The position numbers and the translations under genes are program-made. From contig LWCA01000029.1 in the NCBI GenBank assembly GCA_001642005.1, positions 9,914-73,913 on the forward strand: a DNA stretch of 64,000 bases, written 5' to 3'. Of this stretch, positions 48,026 to 59,683 are shown piece after piece. Origin of the DNA: Intoshia linei. Its lineage: Eukaryota; Animalia; Orthonectida. Every line of letters begins with the position of its first letter. The stretch's first letter is position 1. The notes under the pieces were generated by a model. The model had not been told where the DNA came from and did not search any database. It saw only the letters and a list, made by a program, of their open reading frames with translations.

Positions 48026-51000
48026 TTATGTAATGTGAGGAACCGACAAAAAACAACCCATTGTTGTGAAAATTGTTAGTGCAGCAAACAAAACTAGGCA
48101 AAATCTGTCAATTACCATTGCAGCAAATTTCCAATCGTGAACCTCTTCTTCAATTTGATCATTATCTTTGACTTTGTGTGTTATATAACGTAATTCATTT
48201 AAAATTGATAAAAGTTCGTTTTTTATGTTGTACATTGCGTTTTGATTTTGATTCCAAGGGCTACTCCTTGGAATTTCGTTTAAGGGAATGGCATTGTCGA
48301 TATCTTTTATGTTGCTAATTAAACTTAGAGAAAATTGGCTTCGTGATTCTAGATTTCGCATTTTTGATTTTCGTAGTAAAAATTGTCTTGATAAATCTTT
48401 ACCGGGTCTAGTTAATCCCAAAATACATGCCATCCAGTCACATATTAAAATGCGAACCTAAAATATTGTATTTATTTAATTTTTAAAAAATTTTATGGTA
48501 ATTTCGTTTTTTGTCGTGAAAATATCAATTTTTTAATTTGACATTTATTTACGATCTGGACGGTAAAGACTGACTTTTAATTTTGTTTTTGAAATTTCTA
48601 CTCAATTTTCTAAATAATCAGGCACTTATTTCGAGCAGCTTTTACTTTGTGTAAGGATATTTACTTTAAAAATGTAGGTTTTATATTGGATTAGTTCCCA
48701 TAATATAACACATAATGATTATCACAATTTATAATGGATTATAATTAGGGAAAACTTTTTATAACTAAAATAAGAAAAATGTAACCTATAATAAAAAAAT
48801 TGTAACTTTAAAAATAAATACATTTAACTTAAATTTTAAACCTATAAAAAAATTTTTTAAAAATACAAAATACATGCTTTTTTTCAGTTCATTTATGTTG
48901 GTTAATAATTAACGTAATGAGTAGACAAAAGGTATTAGACTCAAGAAAGTTATACCATATTAATGTTAAGATTTATTATGGTACAATATTAAGTATTTTT
49001 AAATGTTATCCGGTGAAAAATTTCTTTATTAGTCAACAGTTTATTTAACATACTAAAATTGCTCTCAATGCCATTAGAAGTCGATGGTCCATTTCTTAAT
49101 TGGCTATACAAGGTTGGAGGTTTAGATTCATCCAAAGCCAATATTATTGATTCAATGTCATTCGTATTTAGTCTTTTGTTAATGTATGGTTTTATATTAC
49201 AAAAGTCCGAAATAAATTCAATATTCTTTATTGAGTCATACGACTTATTAATACTAAATGACTTCTTTGGCATTTCAATAATATTTATTAGATAAACATA
49301 TCCAGATAATTCGATTAATTCATTATATAATACAGTTGCAGATACAGCTCCTCTAGCTCGTTCGACGATTACACCATTGCCTGCGATACCATTAATAATA
49401 TTTTTGATTAAATTTAATTTGTGGATGTAGTATACACTCGCTTCAACCCAACCACCGTTCATGTTAGTATTAATCTTTTTACAATCAAAGATTATCATTA
49501 CATTATGAGGACTTTTCAAGGTACCAACTATATTATTAATGTACTTCACACCATTTACGTCAGTTTCATTCAACATTAAAGAAATCAATTCATTGGAGCA
49601 CACACTGTAATTCTTTCAATTTTACTCAAATATAATTGATCGACTTTACCACGACAGTTATTTTCAGATGGCAAAGTTTTTCCCATACCAGCGAACAAAT
49701 TCTTCGATTGTTTGTTGTTTAATTTATATAAGGGTATGTCCGCAGATAGAAAAGCTTGTAGTACTACTTGTAAAATCATTTTTAATTTTGAAAAATGTTT
49801 TGATCCGAACAGTATTATTGAAAGCAACATGTTTAGCTGAACCTCTATGTACCTGTATATAGTATAACTTTTCAAATGAGACGTAACATTTACATTTTCT
49901 ACAATATAAATTGTTCTCTAACATTTGAAATTCCATTGGATATAGTTTTAAAATATTATTGATTTTTTCCTGTCGTAATTTTGGTATTTTTGGCATACCA
50001 TGATATAATCCTTTACTTATATAAAAGTTAAAGTCTATGTGTAACCATTTATTGAAAAAATTGACAGTGGCAGTTTTTCCCAGAGTGTGTTTTTATCTAT
50101 TTGTCAGTTTCAGAATTTGAGTCCTTCATGGTCAAAAACTCAATTTCCCCTTTAAATTCAAAAATTTAATAAAATATACATTCTGGGACGCGTTTTAAAA
50201 TTATTAAAATTGTCGTTAATCTCAGCCTCAGAAACTCATACCTTCATGGTAAAAACTCCAAATTACCCTTTGTTTTAAAAATGAAACATGTCCTAAAATT
50301 TTTTTAAACATAAATTTTGGGATAGTTTTTAAAATCATAAACATTATCATAAATGGAAACATCAAAAAAGATATTTTTCACTATCAAAACCAACATTACC
50401 ATTATTTTTTTAAATGAAAACAGCCCTAGAGTTTAAAAAAATACAAGTGGTACAGTTGTATCCTGTTAAGACACGCAAAAAATTTCAATCTGAATAATGA
50501 CGTCTTTAAGGTCAAAAAAGTACTTTCATAATTTGTAATTTTCGAAATGTAACTTTATTAACTTTAAAAATTTTTAATTAGCTAATTAATATTGATAATA
50601 TCCGTTCCATCTTTCATGAAATTTAAAACTATTTAACATATCAAAAATTGACTTTCATAACTTTTGCTTGCCCTAATTATAATTAATTTTTGTTGAATTA
50701 CCCATTTGGGCATTTTGCACATTGAGGGTGTTCTATGGTGTAAATTAAGTATAATAATGGTCATCACTACTGACACGGTACACATTAACATTACAGACTG
50801 AAAATAAATGCCTAAATGAATTTAAATTGTATTTATACATTCTAATCGTTTACCTAATATTGGAACTGACATTGAAGTTGACGGTACGGATTCTGCTACA
50901 ATTAAAGAAAAAACGCTCAAAGATAATAGTATCGTTACTCCTAAATTAATAAATATAGCAATAATATTTTAGACGTGCAGACAATTTAAATGATTCTTTT

Positions 51001-54000
51001 TAAATAAATTTAAATTGTGTTGTACGTGGTATATACAATGTATATTATATGGTATGATATAATTTAATGAATTAATCTGAATTGTTATTTTCATTTAGTC
51101 TAGAATCTAGATTCAAGTAAATATAGATGTAAAAAATTTTATTAGTATTTGTTATTTACCATTAAAATTAATATTGCAATAATTTTAATTTACAATTAAA
51201 GGTTAATATTGAAATATACCCAATGATACTTTTTCACCGGAATCGGGAGGTAATAGGAAAACCATCATGGTTAATGATGATATCAAAGCACATGGTATTA
51301 TTAAATTAAATCCATAATATAAAGCTCTACGTCGGATGTGAATTTTGAAGGTTATGTCAATATATCTACACAAGTTTTAAGGTGACAAGTATAAGTTGTG
51401 TATAATTACTGTTCAGGGCAACAATCGTATTTTTTCACATGTCGCATTGCTGGAACGTCTAAATAAAATTAAGTTATTAATCAGTGGCGGCTCGTAGACA
51501 AAATAATTTGTGGGGCTTCAAGAAATTTTTTTTATAACATGTAAGAACTTTAATATGTCTACTATTATAATAGTATATTATTATAATACTACTTTAGTAA
51601 TACATATACAATATGTATTATAACATTTTATAAAATTTTTCAGGGCTCATTGTACAATTGAAACTGTAAATATTTACATATAATAATATATTAGGCATGG
51701 GAAACTTATGACTAGCTTGAAAGATTTGATGCGTAATTTGATATATTTCGAATATACAAAAATTTAAGAAATACATTCATTTACAATGCTAATCAGGGCG
51801 GTGGAGGGCTATACGCGAGTCTAATATTTAAATTCATAGATAATTTTTTAGTTATGTCAAAATTATCCTGGAATTAAAATTTTATATTGAATAATGATGA
51901 TACCAAGCTGTGATGTGTAAATACCTCGACTGGACACACAGTAGCATACTAATTTAAAAATTTAATTTAAACCTATATGGGTTAGGGTAAAAATTTTTTG
52001 ATAATTTTAAGGGCGAGTAGTTCTTAATCGATTGATTTAAACAAATTTAGGAATAATTAGCGATAATAAATTTAAAATGCTGACGCAAATCCAATTGCCT
52101 TTTGTTGTTAAATTTGTTAAATACTTTGCGATTTATTTACTCCTCTGGGGTGATTTAATTATAAATATGTTAAGTACCTATTAATAGCCATTCTCCACTT
52201 TCTTGATAAGCACTAATGTCGACAGTATCGCTCTTTTTAATTAAGTTTATTTTACCTCCATCATATGACCATGAACCAAACTAAATATTTTTGTAACGTT
52301 TAAATATTCGTACCATTCTAATTAATCGTCAATTAATTTCTATAAGGCACATTTCCAAATGTTAGTACATTAGGAATAATGATTATTTTATATTAAAACC
52401 CATTAATTCTAGTTTTAGAAAAATGGCTAAATCTCATTAGTTTGTTTTTTCTTATTTAAAGTTTATAATTTTAATTTTTAATTAAAAAATATTTTAAAAA
52501 TCTACATAAGTAGATGTACATTGCATGTTTTAAAAATTTAAAAACTCTATTAATGTCATTTAATCACTAATTAAGACAAAATTTTGGTTTGGTAAAAACC
52601 AGTAGTTACATTTAGAAATATAGTGAAATCCGAAAAGTAATCGTGTTTTATATGTTAGATTTTTCGCTGATCCATCACTGTCGTGAACCAGTCACTAGTA
52701 GTCACTTACTACAATACATACTTCAAATCTTGCCATTACTGGATAATGCGCAAAAAAATTTCTTCCCACTGTGCCATATGAAAAAAGGATTTAAAAACCA
52801 CCGATCTACTATACATAATAAAAACCTTCATGTAGCAAATTTGATCATCGAAAGGAAACCAGGTAATATCTATTGAACATGAACTTATGTATAATCCAGG
52901 TGGAACCCAATTGCATCGACCATCCGAATAAACCACTATATTTGTTGGAAATTTGCTGTCAATATCTTCGTCAGCGCTAAATTTTATATTCTTATTTTTT
53001 CATATTGTTTGAAAAATTGTACAGTACATGTAGTGTATGCATGTCAATAATTTATTTTTAAAAAATATAATTTAGCCAAACCTTTAGGTACAATATCCAT
53101 TATATGGTTTTATAAATTGTCTACCCATCGATGGTAATGCTTGTTAATTTATAAACCATCTCAGAATTTCGGTTGTATACAATTTTAGTACTTTCTTAAT
53201 TTTTACAAAAAAGGTTAATTTGGATTTTGGCCGTAAATATATAAGACTTTGAAAATAAAAATTATCATAATATGGATGAATTTAAAAACAAAGTAAAATT
53301 GGGGTCTTTAACCTTAAAGGACTCAATTTCTGAAATTGAAACTTGTGCTATGACAAAAATCTCGAAAAACTAATAGAAATTTGTTATTTTTAAAAAAATA
53401 TTTTTCATGCCTTGGTCCCCCCCAAAGTAATAAATAAATATAGTTATTTTTTTCGCATTAATTATTTCAAAATCGCTGAATCTACAAGAAATTTATAATA
53501 TCATTTTGTATAATGTTTAAATTTTGACTAAAGTTCTCAATTCTCGTTTTTAAAGTCTCGTTCTTTATAATCGAAATTCGGATAATAATAATAATTAATA
53601 AATATATCTTAACTTATATAATATGCTACGCGATTTTTGTTTGTGTGTGTGTGTGGTCAATTTATTGAAATAACTACCAGTCTTAGTATTTGATAAAGTC
53701 TACATTTTAATTACAGTTTTTTCCGGAACGTATAATAAGATAAATATCAACCTCCCAAACTCACACCTTACGGGTCAAAAACCCAAATTGTCCCTCTTTT
53801 TGAAAATCAAACGAGTTGGAGAATTTAAAAAAATATATAAGCTGATGCGGACTTTAAAATCATGTACATTATCATACATATCATTATACATTATTTAAAT
53901 TTAAAAAAAAAGGATCTTCAGGGCCAAAACCACAAATTACCCTTCTTTTTTTAATGAAAACAGCCCTAGAATTTAAAAAAAATTACAGGTGTTACAGTTG

Positions 54001-57000
54001 TATCCTGTTAACACACACATGTCACGGTCAAAAAAGCATTTTAGTATTCATATTTTTTTTCGAAATATTTTATTAACAAAAAAATGTGAAATAATTAACT
54101 GTCCGAAAATTAAAAAAAAGATTAGTCTCATAGACCTTATTCCAGTTGATATAAATACAAAAGTTCAACCAGAGAAATCTACGCATTCCCTATGAATTTT
54201 AATTTTTAATATATTATTAACCAAATTTTTCAAATATTTCAATTAAAATAAAAATTGAAAATGCAAATATTGATCCTACAATTTCAAAAAAAATGTGCAT
54301 TAAACGTTTACACATTTCCAATAAAGAAATATGGGTGAAAATAGATATAATTCATTCCTTCGGAATTTTTTTCATTGCTACGCAATTTTTAAATTTCAAA
54401 TTTTAATTTTTAAAACATTTTGTATAAAATTTAAATTATAAAACTACAGTAACGAATTTATAAAAGTTCAATTTTGATACTAACTTATAAACGTGTTATT
54501 TTTTAAGTCAAAATTGTTTAAAATTTATTTTATACCTCAATGTTCCATTAATGGAACACTTATAACACGGTGCGCATTTTGAAAAACACCTAACATTGGT
54601 ATATCACATCAAATAAAACTCACCTTCACAATTAAAAAGAGCCATATATAACCGTCGGTTCTGGTCGCTAAGATATTAAAAACTAGGCTTGAACATTATT
54701 ACTTATTTGTAATTTATGGCGTTAACGTTCACATGATTTATTTTTTATATTACATTAACTTGTGTATTTATCAATATTGAATTAAGGCGAAAAAATATTT
54801 TTTTAATATATACATTTTTTTTCCGTCTATGGGGGTAAAACCACCGTTTTTAGAAAAAAAGAACACCTAACACGTGACGTATGATATACATACTCAACAT
54901 ATGCATGGTCATTAGTCCATCTTCTGCTTATAAAATTCAGGTCGTATTAAATAATTACGAGTAATTTAATAAATAAAAAAAAATATAATATACAACAATT
55001 AAATATTTACTTATGATATAATGATTTTACAGTCCATAGATAATCACATATCATACTTATATCATGTTTTTTTGTATCTGCTTTCAAATAATGACAATGT
55101 TTGGTGGAATTTTTCGCCGTGTTCGTCAGAAAATCTACCACAGTTTGCTGCGAACATGGAGATATGAGCTTGTAGAAAGTGCATCTTAATGGAATACAAA
55201 CAATTTATATTTTCATATGCGTCTATCAGTATACCTATATCATCTACATAAGATTCTGCTCGATAATTCCCCAAAAAATTATCTATTACTCCTAAAAGAT
55301 AAAATTAAAATATGTATTACATTAATATATTAATAGTATAACTAATTTACGTTGTAGAAAATTCCAAGCATGAAGTTGCACCGAGACCCAGTAACTATTC
55401 CAGCTATTATTTTGGCTTCTGAAAATGGCAAAATCTGTTTTAATATTGGATTTATTCCTTTTGATTTTTGTATACAATTCAAAAATTGCTTTGCCAGATC
55501 CAGTTTAATATGGAGTGGCCGCGGTATCAGAGTATCAGATGAAACTAGAGGGTCGTTTTCTATGCTAAATTCATGTTTTTGCATATTGATTCTATTAAGC
55601 CAACTGATCTTTTTATAGTGTTGTTTACGATCTCTCGTATCAAACAGACAATATGGACAACCATANTTCAAATAATGACAATGTTTGGTGGAATTTTTCG
55701 CCGTGTTCGTCAAAAAATCTACCACAGTTTGCTGTGAACATGGAGAGATGAGCTTGTAGAAAGTGCATCTTAATGGAATACAAACAATTTATATTTTCAT
55801 ATGCGTCTATCAGTACACCTATATCATCTATATAAGATTCTGCTCGATAATTTCCCAAAAAATTATCTATTACTCCTAAAAGAGAAAATTAAAATATGTA
55901 TTACATTAATATATTAATAGTGTAACTAATTTACGTTTTAGAGAATTCCAAGCATGAAGTCCATTTTTATTTAAAGATTTTTTGAAATTTTTACTCATGA
56001 ATATATGCTTCAATTGAGGCCCAGTAACTATTCCAGCTATTATTTTGGTGTCTGACAATGGCAAAATCTGTTTTAATATTAGATTTATTCCTTTTGATTT
56101 TTGTATACAATTCAAAAATTGCTTTGCCAGATCCAGTTTAATATGGAGTGGTGGCGGTATCAGAGTATCAGATGAAACTAGAGGGTCGTTTTTTATGCTA
56201 AATTCATTTTTTTGCATATTGATTCTATTAGGCCAATTGATCTTTTTATAGTGTTGTTTACGATCTCTCGTATCAAAAAGAAAATATGGACAACCATACT
56301 TGACATACCCTTTACCAATCCCATAAACAATGCTGATCATCTTAAAATCCATGCATAACTTCAAACTGTTTAATGATGTATTTAATAACTTTAATATTAT
56401 TTTGATAACATCATATGTTTCTTTCAATGAAGTACTGTATGCAACAGGGATAATAGGGTATATATGCTTATTGTGTATAAGTACAGCTTTGATATTGTAA
56501 TTACAAGAGTCAATGAAAATNAAACAATGCTGATCATCTTAAAATCCATGCATAACTTCCAACTGTTTAATGATGTATTTAATAACGTTAATATTATTTT
56601 GATAACATCATATGTTTCTTTCAATGAAGTACGGTATGCAACAGGGATAATAGGGTATATATGCTTATTGTGTATAAGTACAGCTTTGATACTGTAATTA
56701 CAAGAGTCAATGAACATAAACCAATCCTTAGAACAATATTTAAATCCCAATTTTTTCATTAGACGGTCGACATCTACACAATACGTCAAGTTCAGATCTT
56801 TATATTTTGCAAAGTAATCCATGTATTCTTTATTTCGAACTCTGTGCAGAGATGGAGAAACAAAATTTGATACATGCCATTTGTTCATAGTTTCAATTAA
56901 AATTATAGATTCCCTTTTGCTTAATTTGAGAATTGATATCAGATGATCGTATTTACTTTTATTGTCTTCTCCATTAAATATTTCAGGTGAAACATATAAA

Positions 57001-59053
57001 TCATCGTCAAATGAAGAATCTGATGTAGTTATAAATACATCATTTTGTCTTCTCTTGGGTATTGGAATCGGTTTTGAACATGATGCTACATTTGGCAAAT
57101 GTTTATTTTTCAATTTACTGTTAAATGAAATATCTCTGCATTTGCAAAAATAGCAATCATTTTTTGAACCAGGGCATGTCCATGATTAAGGTTTTTCGTA
57201 TACCCAGGAGTCCAGATATTTTTTATGTATTTAATATCATAGATACTTTCTAATGTATCCTTTAATTTTCCGTCAATTGGATATTTCTTTTGTTACTAAA
57301 TATTCTGTGACCGCACATGTAGCAATATTTATCAGCATCCAAATGATATTTGCAATCACGATACATGTGTAAAATAAAAATATAATTGAACTTTATACAA
57401 TAAACTAATTGATATTATTGTATGGAAAAATAACGAGTTACGTATACGACGGTTTTAAAATAATATTAATTTAAAACTATAATTACAAATAATTATGACC
57501 TCGTCACACCTTAATATTTATACATCAAATCAACATGAAAGTATCGATTTAATGATATAACACAAGTTTAAGGGTTTTTCAGAATGCGCACCGTGTAATT
57601 AGCGTTTATTAATTGACTTATAAAATTATTCGAATTGAATTATTGCCATTAAGCAAAATTTATCATGTATTAACATAAATTTTAAATATTAAAATTTAAA
57701 TATAATTCAAAATAGTAAGCTATCTGGGTGCGGACAGTAAACGGTTAATAAAATTTAATAAAAAATACGATTTTAAATATTCATGGTAAAATCGATTTTT
57801 ACCAATATTTTTTTGAAAAATCCACTTAATCCAACCCAAAAATAAAAAATTCGATTTTACCAAATCTTATAAGAAAAAACCTCTGATTTCAACCCTACAA
57901 TAAACATTCAATTTTATCCACCCTTTAGGGAAAAATACCCTTTTTGCAACATTTTTTTAAAAAACACTTATTTTAATATATAATAAAAAATCAAATTTTT
58001 ATATTAGCCAAAAAAGCAATGTTACCATTACTACCCTTCACAACATACTTATGTGAATTAGGCTTTTCACGCTGATGTATTTAAAAAACTATTATCGAAT
58101 TGGACTAAATATGTTACCGTATATGCGCATAGCTCTATAATCCTGCAAACCAAACTGGACAAAATTATTGAATAGTAAACAGTCACATATATCAGACTGA
58201 ACAAAAATAAATTTTGTTTTTTAAAAATATTTTCGACCGCCCAAAAAATTTGGTCCTTAAAATAGTTTGAAGACCACTTTTATAAATTTATATCAAGTTT
58301 AATATTGAATAAACTGAATAATTCTACCTGTTGTACATTAATATATCTGGTGTCCAAATGAGTTTGGCAGGAAGCCGAATGCTGGTAACATTTCCGTATT
58401 CAGTTTCATTCCAACTGAGTTTATAATCATGCCATTCCTATAAACTTTATAAAATATAAATTAGATTTATACATAATTGAGCCACAAGTTAGTGTGCAAC
58501 ATTTCGCTTTTTTCATCCTAAATATAATTTAACTCGAAAATAAATAAAAACAACAATAAAATGCATGCATCTACTGGTACGGAACAGACATGAACATCAA
58601 CTAACCAAAGCTATAATCTGCTGCAAAGTAATGCCAAATTTAACGACCAGAGCGTCTTCTTCTCTACTAACAGGTCTAGCCAAACTATTGTATTTACGTC
58701 GAATAATAACTTCGTCAATTAAATTTTCCTCGTGTTGTCCACTCAAGACACCTAAATGGCAGATGATGCATTTTATTTGAATTAAAATGTTAAATTTGGT
58801 ATTATTACCAAATCAACAATTTGTTGAAGAGTTACGCCAAATTTAACTATAACACTAGACGATTCATTCGCCACCGGTCTAGCATATTTGTTTAACTTTC
58901 GATTTAAAAAAAGTTCATTTATTAGTCTTTCTTCCTGATAACCACCTGAACCTATTAGTTTAGGTTAAGTCACAGGTTATTTGGGATATGTAATTCTATA
59001 AACTTACATTTCCAATTTAGTCCGAGTAAAAGAGAAAAAATTAAAATTTTCAT
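48026..59053 (-). CDS. Nicotinic acetylcholine receptor alpha subunit, alpha7-like (gene A), complete, 473/474 aa, alternative exon 2a/2b
   Basis: Exons 59053-59008, [58951-58809 or 58751-58606], 58517-58473, 58437-58328, 52976-52826, 52280-52178, 51458-51410, 51365-51220, 50940-50854, 50811-50702, 48457-48026 join in frame. Signal peptide, WTPDILMYN, Cys-loop [23 protein letters not shown], loop [24 protein letters not shown]. Exon sizes 45/110/(49+146=195)/87/110 match CHRNA7 as recalled. Confidence 0.96.
48989..49996 (-). mobile_element. CGGBP1-like hAT transposase pseudogene in an nAChR intron
   Basis: Frameshifted ORFs: BED-like LYCRKC...H....KH; [14 protein letters not shown]...LPSENNCR; C-terminal [12 protein letters not shown] dimerisation-like motif; apparently internally deleted. 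Confidence 0.75.
53607..54400 (+). mobile_element. Helitron family copy, 3' end not seen
   Basis: A|TCTTAACTTATATAATATGCTACGCG followed by (TG)n; long similarity to the 9590-10692 and 28553-29362 copies. Confidence 0.8.
54566..57595 (-). mobile_element. Chapaev3 (CMC-Chapaev) DNA transposon with TIRs and TSD; disrupted and duplicated transposase
   Basis: TIR CACGGTGCGCATT(T/C)TGAAAAAC at both ends; 3-bp TSD TAA; transposase motifs [67 protein letters not shown]. Confidence 0.9.
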
Positions 59054-59683
59054 AATTGTACAATGTACAATTATTTAATCCGATTCGATGCAAACATTTT
59101 AAGTAGACAATAATGTTCTTTGTAGCGTAAATTGTGCACGAGATTAACACTATTAGATTTAGAGATTAGACAAGAATTTTTATCGTTTTTTAGGAATGTA
59201 TTTGGAATAAATTGTATACTTTAATTAAATCACTTGTCCTTAAATGGACAGATATTGAATAAATATATTAAGACTCATCTTTACAATGATTCATTGACTT
59301 GTGGTAATCCATTAAATCGTAAGACAGTTTTAATTTAACATGTCAACTACCTGGAGGAGTAATCTATGTGAATATATAAAAAGGTTAATGGCATCGTTTG
59401 ATTTTTGTTACAGGTTTTTATCATTGAAATTCAATCAATGTGTATATAATTATTTTGTCACAAAATTCAATTCACAAACACAATAAAGTCAAATCTGGGA
59501 TTCCTGTTATTTATGACTATTTTTTAAGGTAATAAGTTATTATTAATAGCTACCTTTTTAATTTCAAAATGATAACTATAAACTTCAAACTGAGAATAAC
59601 AAAATTCATAAAAGAATAACAAAAATTTAATTTTATAAATAAATATTTAAATTTAAAATCTTTTAATAAATACACAAATAAGA

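Noticed and set aside
54541-54558. Perfect 18-bp palindrome TGTTCCATTAATGGAACA next to the Chapaev3 insertion
   Set aside because: Real but isolated, with no evidence linking it to a function or to targeting.
54566-54590. CACGGTG plus TGAAAAAC(A/C) resembling a RAG recombination signal (heptamer/nonamer); possible ProtoRAG or Transib
   Set aside because: The spacer is 7 nt at both ends rather than 12/23, the TSD is 3 bp, and the protein motifs are Chapaev3; there is no RAG2-like ORF.
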